Shown: positions 51,859-64,000 of the stretch, piece by piece
Layout: every line of letters begins with the position of its first letter
Position numbering within the stretch: the stretch's first letter is position 1
Source of the DNA: Octopus vulgaris
Lineage: Eukaryota
DNA length: 64,000 bases
Assembly: GCA_951406725.2 (NCBI GenBank)
Contig: OX597828.1
Coordinates: forward strand, 14,322,001-14,386,000
Direction: 5' to 3'
Position numbers and translations under genes: made by a program
Notes under the pieces: generated by a model
Seen by the model: the letters and a program-made list of their open reading frames with translations, nothing else
Databases searched by the model: none
What the model was told of the DNA's origin: nothing

Positions 51859-52780
51859 TTATTACTTCCGTCTCAGTGGTCGTGTTTGTTTGTTTGTTTG
51901 TTTGTCCATAGACAAGATATCTCAAGAACCGCAGGATGGATTCGGATGAAACTTTCAGGGATGTTTGGCCTCGTGACTGGCACGAACTGATTAAATTTTG
52001 GGATCGATCCGGTACAGGACAAGGGTTACTCTTTTTACTCTTTTACTCTTTTACTTGTTTCAGCCATCCGGCTGAGGCCATGCTGGGGCACCGCCCTTGT
52101 TGCTACCCTCTCTAAGTCCAGTTTGCCGTGGCTGGCCACTGATCTAAGAGAGAGTTTGTAGCTGCTGCCCTTAGGTTACCTTCGTACCTTGCAGTGGGTT
52201 CATCTGGGATCCCGGAAAGCAGCTTGTCTAGATGTTTTTTGAAAATGTCCACATCCGCATCATGTAGATCTCTTAGTTTTTTTGGCAGTTTGTTGAACAG
52301 CTGAGGGCCCCTGAACCCCAGGCTATTACAGTATCTGCTCCTTACCCTGGATGTGGAAGACGGGACCTTTGGCACCACACAGTGACGTCCTGTACGGGGA
52401 TTGGAACAGCTCTCAATTCCAAAATTTGGTGCTAGTCCCTCCAGGATTTTCCATATGTATATCACTGCATATCTCTCTCGTCTTCGTTCCAAGGAGTACA
52501 AATTGAGTTCCCTAAGCCTCTCCCAATAGTTCTTTTCTTTCATGGTGGAAATCCTCTTGGTGAAATGTCTTTGGATTGTCTCAAGCTCTGGATTATTTTT
52601 CCGTTTCTTTTTCAACTTAATTTTTGAGAGTGGCCTGGTTCATTTTTAGTATTCTCATTTGTGAGAGCAGTCGAGTTTATTTCAAATATTCTCATTTCAA
52701 AATCGATCTCTGGTTAATCGTTGAGAGGACATTGATGTTGCCTTGGCGGAGGTTTGTGCTCTCTGAGTGCTCTTATTGTT
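51859..52780 (+). mobile_element. Helentron-associated non-autonomous element (HINE/DINE-like), interrupted by a LINE
   Basis: 5' ttattacttccg and 3' subterminal ggcggaggt followed by a small hairpin gtgctctctgagtgc; internal (GTTT)n; T-rich flanks. Confidence 0.6.
52026..52590 (-). mobile_element. 5'-truncated CR1-group LINE with intact ORF2 C-terminus and 3' tail
   Basis: Uninterrupted ELETIQRHFTKRI...YWERLRELNLYSLERRRERYAVIYIWKIL...FNKLP...FKKHLDKLL; stop at 52112-14; short 3'UTR and (GAGTAAAA)n tail. Confidence 0.92.
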
Positions 52781-52869
52781 ATGAACATTTTTAAACAGGA
52801 AATCGAGATACCAGTCATAAATTTCGATTATATACATATACTCAAATACTGCAACGTTCTGGGGGTATT

Positions 52870-52906
<37 letters not shown>

Positions 52907-53185
52907 TGAGTGCGCATGCGTGCCTGTCTTTATGGTTGTCAGTGCGTGCATGTTTGCGTGCATGCGATCGCGTCTATGCGTGCGTGCACATATGTGTGTG
53001 TGCGTTGTATGCATGTTTGTGTGCATATTAACATACATGCACATACATTCTCACATACATACTTACACACACATATATAAACTCCTCTACATATGCTTGT
53101 GTGTGTGTGTATACATACATGTATATATATATATGTATATAAATACATACATATATATATGTATATACATATACATTCATACATG

Positions 53186-53290
<105 letters not shown>

Positions 53291-53317
53291 GTTATTTTTA
53301 CACCCGCACGTGTGTGT

Positions 53318-53362
<45 letters not shown>

Positions 53363-53757
53363 ATCAAGAACACGAACAGCACACAAAGAACTGGTGTCAA
53401 TATAAGGCAGTGCCTCAATATGGCGGAGGTCCAAAGACTGGAATCAGTAAAAGAATAGAAGAATCGTTCTATGTTTAAGCTCAGCTCGCCGAAGAAACGG
53501 GAAAAAAAAGGCGAATTCTTCCAATTTTTTTTTTTTTAGAATAAATAAATTTTATAGTCTAAGCAAAGAGTTATTACTGTTTGTTTACAGTTGAATCAGA
53601 TAGAGAGGCAGAGAATAGCTGAAGTTTAATATCCAAAAGAACGGTAAATTTCTTAAGATGATTAATGTCAAAACTTTGCGCATCCATTTTTTGTAATACA
53701 CACACACAGACACACACACACACACATCCATACACATACGCGCGCAAATACTAGCAT

Positions 53758-53797
<40 letters not shown>

Positions 53798-53829
53798 GAT
53801 ATATATATACATAAATACATGCACAAATA

Positions 53830-53901
<72 letters not shown>

Positions 53902-54150
53902 TATATAGTTATGCATATCCATACGTATGTGTTCGGGTCTGTGCGTGTGTGTGTATGTTTGTGTACATAAATACATAGCGTTCACACATTTACATATATA
54001 CATACACACTCACACACACACACACATATACACCCAAATAATACGCACATACACAATTCCACCTTTCTTCATAGATCTTCACAATCATTTCGCTAGACTC
54101 CCCCCTCTCCTTCCACTGTCCTCCCCCTCTTCCTCTTCTCATTCTGTTAG

Positions 54151-54174
54151 CTTAGCAAGCAATCTCACCAGGGT
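54151..54174 (+). other. Candidate 24-nt frame-preserving microexon
   Basis: ~50-nt pyrimidine tract ending ctgttAG, then cttagcaagcaatctcaccagggt, then donor GTGAGC. Open in two phases (LSKQSHQG, or LASNLTR). Confidence 0.25.
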
Positions 54175-54573
54175 GTGAGCCAAGAAGCTCAAATGCTTCT
54201 TACTACTGAACTAAAAGCATCAAAGCAATGATAGAGGCATTGTAATATGGTAATCGCCGTAGGAAGGAATCCAAAATACCAAAAAACCCCTCCAACACGT
54301 TTTGAAACAATCGAGTTATACATTTTTTTATTTTCTTATCTTTCAAATAAAAGATATTTTAAAATAAAACATTTGTTGTTTGTTTATATTTAATTTGCAG
54401 TTGGCTCAGTTCTGTTGCATAGCAGATACTTGCATAGCTTTTCAAAACCTTGGCATGCTTCGTATCAAATCTATATGTAAAACTATTCGGATAAATGCAT
54501 CTCGAATAGTCTATTTCGGTTAATTGCATAATTTATCAAAACCTTGATATTTTATGTTACATCTATATGTAAT

Positions 54574-54916
54574 TGCTGAGACCCCCTTCGGTCATGACTG
54601 ACCGTGGGATTGCACCAAGAAAGTTACCCTTCCAGGCACAAGTCCGGGCAAGGTTGTTTATGGAAGACCAGCAGTCGCCCATGCATACCAGCCTCCTCTC
54701 TCTACGCCACCAGTGTTATCCAAGGGAAAGGCAAAGGGGCCGATATAGCTTGGCACCTGTGACGTCGCAACTCATTTCTACAGCTGAGTGAACTGGAGCA
54801 ACGTGAAATAAAGTGTCTTGCTCAAGAACACAACACGCAGCCCGGTCCGGGATTCGAACTCACAACCTTAAGATCGTAAGCTCGACGCTCTAATCACTGA
54901 GCCATGTGCACTCACT
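54574..54916 (-). mobile_element. tRNA-derived SINE family D
   Basis: A and B boxes (tggctcagtga, agttcgaatcc), ttcttgagcaagacacttt core; 13-bp TSD atctatatgtaat (54561-73, 54917-29). Partial copies at ~29400-29530 and ~62300-62530. Confidence 0.88.
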
Positions 54917-56171
54917 ATCTATATGTAATACTATTCGGATAAATACATCACAAATAGCCTACTTCGGTTTATTGCATAACCTCCTTAACCACATAGCCAT
55001 ATCTGCGGATGTAATTTTTCAAAATATCGAACCGTTTGTTGTCAATTTACGTTAATATTGATAAATAAGTATCAAATAAATTCTATTGCATAATGTACCT
55101 TAACCTCGGCGATTCAAATCCTTGCATAATTCTGCAGTTAAATGCATATCAAATAGAATCCTTTTCAGTTAATTGCATAATTTTGCAAAACCTCGGAGCG
55201 TTAACTCTATGTAAAACTGATCAGCAAAATAATATCAAATAAAGTCTGATTTCGCTTAATTGCATAAGATTCTTTCTTTTTTTTTTTTATCTGTGATCTT
55301 TTATTTCGTATATAAAACAACAATAACAACAACCACAATAAAAAACTGACAATGTTACATAAAAATTGAAAAAAAGTCAAATGTTAACATTTCAGTGAGT
55401 TAAAGATTACCGAAGTTCAAATTCCAGTGATTTTTTATCTTATTCTTAAGCGTATAATAAAATTCTTCAAAAGCTAAAATTCGTCATCATAGATAAAATT
55501 TACAAAACGTTAGTTATAACTCCAAGGGCAACTGGACGCCATTTTCTTGCTTCCATTAGTCTGGGATTAATCTAACAGAATGTTTTTTCTTAATCCTTAT
55601 GGCCCCAGTTTTTATCATAGAGTAATTCCAGAGTTGTGAAGGTCATAAGCGGGGCGTCTGGATTTGGTTAATCTTTAGTAATTGAAGAATAACAAACGGA
55701 ATAAAAAACCGCTTACGTGATAAGTCAAACGATTGTCAGGCTGAATAAATTAGAAATAGCTCAACCTGGGTGGAACATGCATAAATAATATCTGCACTTA
55801 GTGCGTCGAACGAAAAGTCTAGCGGCATTTCTCCTGAGTTTTTACATTCTGAGTTCAACTTTGCCGAAGTCACCTTTGCCTTTCATCCTTTCGGGGTTGA
55901 TATGATGAAGTACTAATCAAGTATGGAGAGGAGTCGATGGTAAGACTATCCCCCTTCTCCTCAAAACTGTTAGCCTTGTACCAAAATTAGAAATCATCAT
56001 CATTATTAAAGTCGACCTCAGCGGAATTCGAACTCAGAACGTAAAGACGGACGAGCTACCGCTAAACATTTTATACGGCGTGCTAACGACTCAGCCAGTT
56101 TGCTCCCTTAACAACAACAACAATGATAATAACACACTACTACTACTACTACTATTACTACTACTACTACC

Positions 56172-56202
<31 letters not shown>

Positions 56203-56426
56203 TCTACTAAAGGCACAAGGTCTGAAATTTTGGGGGATGGGGAAAGTCGATGACATCGACCCCAGTGTTTCACTGGTACTTAATCTTTCAACCCCGTAAG
56301 GATGAAAGGCAAAGTCGATCTCGGCGGAATTTGAACTCAGAGCGAAATGACGGACGAAATACCGCTAAGCATTTAGTCCAGCGTGCTAGCAATTCTGACA
56401 GCTTGCCCTGACTTAACAATAACAAC

Positions 56427-56500
<74 letters not shown>

Positions 56501-56510
56501 TATAATAATG

Positions 56511-56544
<34 letters not shown>

Positions 56545-56567
56545 TGATGATGATGATGATGATGATG

Positions 56568-56960
56568 ATAATCCAAACAGATCATTTCCTAGACCATAAC
56601 AGACCAGATATCTTGGTGTTTCAGAAGAGAGAACGGACCTGCTACATAATTGATGTGGCCTGTCCATTCAATACAAGAATAAAGAAAAAAAATCAACAAA
56701 ATAGATATATGATAGGAACTGAAGAGAGAGATGAACAGATTTTGAAGCTGCAGAAAAAAAAATGAGGTCGTACCAATTGTCATTTGGAACCTTAGGAACG
56801 ACAAGGAAGAGGCCCAAGATGTGGGCAGAAACGATTGGCTTGCAAAAGTACGAAGAAACCATGCGACTGGTCTGCTTGTTTGGAACGAAGAAGATCTGTC
56901 GAAAGTTCTTGGATGGCTGACGTCACAGGTGATTTGTTTTCCAAGTGTAAGCCCACCTAA
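56568..56960 (+). mobile_element. R4/Dong-clade LINE 3' fragment (restriction-like endonuclease domain)
   Basis: IQTDHFLDHNRPDILVFQKRERTCYIIDVACPFNTRI (RPD...D motif), then frameshifted EVVPIVI. Begins directly after a ~150-bp (TAA/TGA)n tract. Confidence 0.85.
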
Positions 56961-58747
56961 ATTTCATCATAGGGGCGAAATATTAAAAAAAAAAAAAAAA
57001 TTGACAGGCGCAGGAGGGGTTGTGTGGTAAGTAGCTTGCTTATGAACCACATGGTTCCGGGTTCAGTACCACTGCGTGGCATTTTGGGCAAGTGTCTTCT
57101 GCTATAGCCCCGGGCCGACCAATGACTTGTGAGTGGATTTGGTAGACGGAAACTGAAAGAAGCCTGTCGTATATATGTATATATATAAGTGTGTGTGTGT
57201 ATATGTTTGTGTGTCTGTGTTTGTCCCCCTAGCATTGCTTGACAACCGATGCTGGTGTGTTTACGTCCCCGTAACTTAGCGGTCCGGCAAAAGAGACCGA
57301 TAGAATAAGTACTAGGCTTACAAAGAATAAGTTCTGGGGTCGATTTGCTCGACTAAAGGCAGTGCTCCAGCATGACCTCAGTCAAATGGCTGAAACAAGT
57401 AAAAGAGTAAAGGAGCAAAGAGAGAGTTAGCGAACAAAAAAGTGAAAAACAAAAAAATCAGCAACGAAAAACAGATCAAAAGTTTCAGTTTTCAGTAACC
57501 TCAAATGGATTAAAAATGTATAATTTTATAAAAGTTAGACCGCTTCGTTTGGCGAGGAAAAATAAAAAAGTTCCTGAGAGGTGAGATTCTAAACAGTAAA
57601 CTTTTGCACCTTCCTAAATAAATACTCGAGAATTTGAGATTAGTGGTGTCTCAACATAGTTCGCATAAATAAATGATTTTAAGAAAGGAAGAAACCACAA
57701 AGATTGTTTACTGCTCGTTGATGAAAGTAGATAAAATGGCCGCTGTAACATTTACCCTGAACCGAAGTCACAATCCTTCTCCTTCCCTCCAGCTGAAATT
57801 GTTTTTGATATTTTACTGCATGCCTTATCTTATATGGTACACACCGATTTTCACATATATGTAACAATATATTTCACAAATGTGTAACAATTCCATTAAC
57901 GCGGTGTAACACTTTTAGTTTTTCATCGGACTAGTCAAGAATTTCTACTCTGGCAGCCATTACTCTTTTTCTCTTTTACTTGTTTAAGTCATTTGACTGC
58001 GGCCATGCTGGAGCACCGCCTTTAGTCGAGCAACTCGACCCCGGGACTTATTCTTTTTGTAAGCCCAGTACTTATTCTATCCGTCTCTTTTTGCCGAACC
58101 GCTAAGTGACGGGGACGTAAACACACCAGCATCGGTTGTCAAGCAATGCTAGGGGAACAAACACAGACACACAAACACACACACATACATATATATATAT
58201 ACATATATACGACGGGCTTCTTTCAGTTTCCGTCTACCAAATCCATTCACAAGGCATTGGTCGGCCCGGGGCTATAGCAGAAGACACTTGCCCAAGATGC
58301 CACGCAGTGGGATTGAACCCGGAACCATGTGGTTGGTTAGCAAGCTATGCAAAACTCAAGTAAACGGAAGACTATGAGTGGATAACTGTTGAAACGGCAA
58401 GGTGTTTCATCAGCTGCCCGTTTCTACTCTTCCAACCTACCATATAACACTGTCGAAAGCAGTACGTAATTAAATCGGCTTTTTTGTCCACTCGTATTTT
58501 CAAATGCCTTAAATAACAGCACGCGTTTAGGTTGAAGGAGGAATAAAATTGCCGAATCATTTTCCGTTAGGTCACGTTTATAAATAACACTGTACCGCTT
58601 CCTTGTTCTAGTAGAGTCTAGAGAACAAGGAAGCAGAATTTCACGAAGGCCAACAGCGGTAGCTGTAACATTATATGAGCGCTAGGTATTAAAATACGGA
58701 AAGAATTATGTCTATATATACCTGTATGAATGTGTACGTGTGCGCGC

Positions 58748-58812
<65 letters not shown>

Positions 58813-58931
58813 GCTCTCTCACGTATAGTTACCCACAGAAGAAGCGTAATGTCAACACAAAACTATTTGAAAGTGATGGAAATGAATGTTGAGGTAGTGT
58901 GTAGAAATGGTAAGGAAGAGTATAAAGTAAG

Positions 58932-59021
<90 letters not shown>

Positions 59022-59030
59022 GCAATGGCT

Positions 59031-59076
<46 letters not shown>

Positions 59077-59761
59077 AAGAGAGAGAAAGAGAGAGATAAG
59101 GTGTGTGAAGGTATGTCTGTGATAAATCATAATCGCTGTAAGCTTTTAGAAACAACCTGTCACTATAAATAAGAAGTACTACATCACATTAAACAACACA
59201 CACATACACACACACACATATATCATGTGTGTGCATGTGTGTATCTGTGTATGTGTGAGTGTATATGTATATATTTATATATATATGTATGTATGTATGA
59301 AGCATGAAGACGCGCTTGCTGGCGCTGAGTGATATAAGCATTGGCTAAGATATATATTTTTTAACATTACATACTTGCAAATCACACACACGCGTACACA
59401 CACATTCACACTTATTCACATACGCAGGCATGTTTGTATGTATGTTAGTCATGCGCAGTAGCCACCAACGCTCCAAGACTGTGCGATCACTGTTTCTTCT
59501 ATCCTATTACGGTGAAGTCAGCCGAGAGAGAGAGAGTCTACGCTGATCAAACTTCTTTATCACTTTACAGTTAGACAGCTTAACTCTGGCTTTTGACTCG
59601 TATATACATACTTCCTTCATTGCGATTCTGTTACAACAGAAGTCACTGCACATTTAATATAAATTAATGATTTAATCGAGAAACATTGTTTTTTTGTTTT
59701 CTATTGGTTTCTTTATTTACTTATAACTAGAATTAGTTCTAGCCTTTTCTCTATCATTGTC

Positions 59762-59825
<64 letters not shown>

Positions 59826-60165
59826 AATGGTTGTATACTGTCAATCTAACGTGAACGTGACAGTAGGGGGTTACACCACCGCTGTTTAGCCCTTAGAAGC
59901 ATCGACGCTTCCTGCTGGCTTCGACACATTTTACCTGTGTCCTTATATACATTTACGAAGGGGAGACAAACAACCCCAGCAGCCAGGCCTAAATATATAT
60001 ATAACACTGTACTTATTCCACGTCCTCGCGTTGTTGTTTTTTTCTTGCTTGTTCATGTTTGGATTGACTATATATATATATTATACATACATACATACAT
60101 ACAAACATACATATATGTATAGAGTGTTAGGTGTGGTGTACATGCGGTTTATAGCATATATATAT

Positions 60166-60331
60166 ATATGGCTAACCACTAAGGGTGGATGTTACGGAAG
60201 CTTGTAGCCCCAGGAGAACATCTTCTCCAGCTGGCTATCGGGCACAGAAAGTGTGTCAATAGCCAGCTGGGGAAGATGTTCTCCTGGGGCTACAAGCTAC
60301 AGTAACTTCCACCCTTAGTGGTTAGCCATAT
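60166..60331. repeat. 166-nt near-perfect hairpin
   Basis: Arms 60166-60238 and 60259-60331; pairing continues with ggcaca/tgtgtc around a gaaag loop. Confidence 0.92.
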
Positions 60332-60394
60332 TTAGATGACAAATATACTTCACATTGTCGTGCAGTTACTGTCTATACATCGTTTATAGAGATT

Positions 60395-60440
<46 letters not shown>

Positions 60441-60478
60441 TTGAAATGGCTTTTCTGATAATTTTTCTATTTCAATAA

Positions 60479-62259
60479 CACTGTATAACAATGAAAAAAA
60501 AAACGGAAATGAGAATAACCTTTCTAGGGGTATTTTATGTGCAGGTCACAAATATAACTTCCGCTTCTTTCTGTGACCCTCCAGTTTCTCGTAAATTACC
60601 ATCTTACGTTAAATACACTGATGGTTTCGTAGGAATTAAGTGCAAACAGGATTGGGCCGAAACTGACAACTCTAAAAGTTATGAACGGATTTTGATATAA
60701 TTTTAATGGGTCGTTACTAAGGTATTTGTCAACCTAACGTATGACAATTGTAAAAGTACACTCAATATTTTTATAGTTATATTGGTCCAAATCCGTGGTA
60801 AATCTGACAAGGAACCACACCTCATCACCCAACCTGAATTCAATGATCTAGTTCGTGATCTAACACTTACTGAGCGACAGAGTGAAGTCCTGGCTTCACG
60901 TCTGCCACAATGGAACTTGTTGGGTAAAGAGGCTCGAATTACAATGTTTAGGAAGCGTTCTGCAGATCTACAATAATTCTTCGCTTTGGAAAACAACTTG
61001 ACTTATTGTAATGATATCAGAGACCTATTCAATGCCCTTGAGCTGATCTATGAACCAAATGAGTGGAGGTTATTCATAGATGCATCTCTGTACAGTATAA
61101 AAGCGGTTCTGCTGCACATTGGGAATACTATGCCTTCAGTTCAAATTGCTCACTCAGTCATATATCTCACTAAGAGAGATATATGAGAACCTCGCTTTTA
61201 TTCTGGACGGCATAAGTTACAAGGAGTATGAGAGGCTAATTTGTGCGGACTTGAAAGTAGCAGCCCTACATAATGGGCTACAAGCTGGATACACCAAGTT
61301 TATGTGCTTCTTTTGCAAGTGGGACAGTAAGGCCAGATCAGAACATAATGTACACTGAGAATGGCCATCTCGGGAAACTACGACGCTTGGATGTCATTAT
61401 GTAAATCATGAGCCACTAGTTAAGAAGGAGAAAATCCTTTTGCCACTACTGCATATAAAACCAGGCCTAATGAAGCAATTTGCCAAAGCGGTGCTACATA
61501 ACAAGCCATGTTTCCAGAACCTCAAGGAGATCTTTCCTAAAATAAGTGATGCCAAGATTAAAGAAGACGTATTCGTATGCCCTCAGATTCGTCAACTTAT
61601 AGCTGATGAGAACTTCGAGGCGACAATGGATGAAACTGAGCTAGCAACCTGGCATGCAATCAAAGATGTATGCAAAGGACTTCTGGGAAAGCACCAAGTG
61701 ACCTGGCGTGAGAGTATAGTGGAAAGACTAATCAAGTGTGACCAAAATCTCGGATGCAATATTTCAATGAAGATACACTTTCTTCATTCTCATCTGTCCT
61801 TCCTCCCAGAGAATGCAAGAGATGTGAGTGATGGACATGGAGGGAGGTTCCATCAAAATATAACGTCAATAGAAAACAGGTATAAGGGAAAATGGAGCCT
61901 AGTTATGCTAGCTGACTTCTGCTGGAACCTGAAGCGTGACACACTCCAGGCGTCTTATAAACGAAGTAAATACTAAAATGTCGGTTAATACATTATATAA
62001 TGCTAATAAACATGCTGATTCATTCTATATTTATGAATTAATTACAATGGTCATATTTAATCTGACTCTAGGAGCAAAATAGATTAATCGTGGAAATTGG
62101 TATAAATTGCATTATTATTAAGTCGGTAATTTACAAGAAAATGCGACGTGATGGGAAATTTTTGTTACAAAATTCGAATTTAGCACAATCAACTTCATAA
62201 CAAAATGTACATAAGATCTATGTATTTTTTTTCTTGACCCTGAAATTTGTTGTACAGTG
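60479..62259 (+). mobile_element. Chapaev3 (CMC superfamily) DNA transposon, N-terminally deleted and pseudogenised
   Basis: TIRs cactgtataacaa / ttgttgtacagtg and TAA TSD (60476-78, 62260-62). Transposase motifs WRLFIDAS, ICADLKV, LHIKPGLMKQF, SMKIHFLHSHL and MLADFCW span ORFs 60782-61976. Confidence 0.88.
60782..61976 (+). pseudogene. Chapaev3 transposase pseudogene
   Basis: Four collinear ORF pieces separated by stops and frameshifts. The conserved SDEHGERFH motif reads SDGHGGRFH. Confidence 0.85.
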
Positions 62260-62637
62260 TAATTAGATGTTTACAAAAGGCTTAGAAGTTGAGTGGACGG
62301 GAAAAACGTGAAACGAAGTGTTTTATTCAAGAACACAACGCGTCACCTGGTCCAGGAGTCGAAATCACAATCTTACGATCATGAGTCCAACACCCTAACC
62401 ACTAAGCCACGCACCTCCACGTATGTTAACTCATAGTCGTAAGATTGTGGTTTCGATTCCTGAACCGGGCGACGCGTTGTGTTCTTGAGCAAAACACTCC
62501 ATTTCACGTTGCTCTTGACCACTCAGCTAGAAAACCTTTTGTAAACTTACAAACATCTAATTATTAGAGTGGAAAAATTATGAGAAAAGCCATTTCTATT
62601 CATTTTTTCAAATATATAATACTGTACCAAGGACTTT

Positions 62638-62701
<64 letters not shown>

Positions 62702-62743
62702 ATATATATGTGTGTGTGATTGAATGTGTGACTGAAAGTGTAC

Positions 62744-62863
<120 letters not shown>

Positions 62864-63144
62864 TTTTATTTACAAAAAGGAGGAAAAAAGTACTAAATAC
62901 ATCTCGAATCATAGGACCACATACCCCGTTTCTAAGGCGTATAAGTGACCGAAATCAAACCATTCCACCCTGAACGGGATGCCAATCCTGTCGCAGGGTT
63001 ATTCATTTTACAACTGAGTAGCTGTTGAACGCAAAACGATATTTTGCTATGAAAGAAAAGCAAAAATAAAACAGTCAATGTGCGACCGGTGTCGGAATCG
63101 AAAACACGATCACCGTATCGCGAGTGCAACACCACTCAAATAGA

Positions 63145-63656
63145 CTCAAATAGACGTCATTGATTGGTTGAAATTGCAGAAATTGAAGAAAAAAACAACA
63201 AATATCTTTGCTCAGGTTTGTAAGGGAAATAACTATAAAGCATTTTTAGAGAGTTATAGCCAAAAAATAGCAAAAAAATGGAAAAAAATGATGGTAAATT
63301 TTTTTTTGAGAGTTAAAAAAGGATGGAGCTGCGTCCCCTAGACAGTTTGTGGTTCGTGTTTCTGATTCTCGACCCCATGTCGAATTTATCGATTTTTTTC
63401 AGAACTGGGGAAACTTTTCAAAATTTTGGCTGCGTTAGTTTTGAATTATGACATTGGGCTATGTGTGTGTCAAGTTTCATCAGAATCGGTTGAAAGCCGT
63501 GGTCAGGGTGAGGGTACAAGCAAACAGACACACAGAAACACGCACAGACAAACTGCCGTTTATATATAGAGAGATTCTACCAGTATACGAAGTTTAAAAG
63601 TGTTTAGTTACGTGGAAATTATTTAAAAAAACTGCCGGTCAAACCGAAAAGATCCC
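63145..63656. mobile_element. Merlin-like MITE copy 3 (one TIR), interrupted by a Helitron fragment
   Basis: Matches 39556-39620 and 39675-39756; TIR aaaaactgccggtcaaaccgaaaagatcc. Confidence 0.8.
63210..63574 (-). mobile_element. Non-autonomous Helitron 5' portion
   Basis: Minus strand begins A|TCTCTCTATATATAAACGGCAGTTTGTCTGTG, at an A|T site of the host MITE. The 3' end and ~55 bp of host are missing. Confidence 0.65.
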
Positions 63657-64000
63657 AAATTTGTTAGTCGAATAGTATATCTGCAAATACACACACATTC
63701 TCTGTCTCTGTTTCTCTCTCTCTCTCTTTCCTTCAAACAACATGTACACACACAACTCTCCCTCTCTCTATCTGTATGTCCTCTTTTCCTATTTCGTCAC
63801 CTTCCTCAAAATATATCTACGATCTCATATATAATATATATATGCGTTTTTCCTTATAACTACTTTCATCTTGCGCTAATTACGCTGTTACTTCTCTATA
63901 ACTATTCCTATTCTTGTTATATTTTTATATTCTCACATTCTCTTTATATCTATTTCGGTTCCCAACTGTTTTCTTTTGTATCTTCCAGTTCCTATGTTTC

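Noticed and set aside
51052-51949. ORFs of 176-255 aa (FLSF / KKER repeats)
   Set aside because: Translations of a (CTTT)n tract.
58597-58634. 13-bp perfect hairpin (a similar small hairpin at ~40284-40333)
   Set aside because: Too short for a pre-miRNA, with no supporting context; bacterial-style terminators are irrelevant in this eukaryotic DNA.

Overview
AT-rich, microsatellite-dense eukaryotic DNA. Its interspersed repeats (tRNA-derived SINEs with internal (TA)n(TG)n tracts, tRNA-Arg-headed SINEs) look like those of an Octopus (coleoid cephalopod) genome; this is recognition, not a database result. I see no complete protein-coding gene, and almost all long ORFs in the track are translations of simple repeats. 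The window reads as intronic or intergenic sequence built from layered, often nested transposable elements: at least five SINE families, CR1/RTE/R4-Dong/Hero LINE fragments, Penelope-like remnants, mariner, maT (DD37D), Chapaev3, hAT, piggyBac-like, Merlin-like and pogo MITEs, Helitrons and a Helentron-type element. The most notable observations are: (1) several minimal type-I hammerhead ribozyme folds, one with a non-canonical core; (2) a CR1-group LINE 3' end that shares a covarying stem-loop tail with the most abundant SINE; (3) one SINE head carrying five different 3' tails; (4) plus-strand splice signals (a textbook AG|GT recursive splice site, an ATG-containing exon and a 24-nt microexon candidate) suggesting the window lies inside a very long gene; (5) many long inverted repeats that could form dsRNA. 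All family names are from motif recognition and need RepeatMasker/Dfam/Rfam confirmation.
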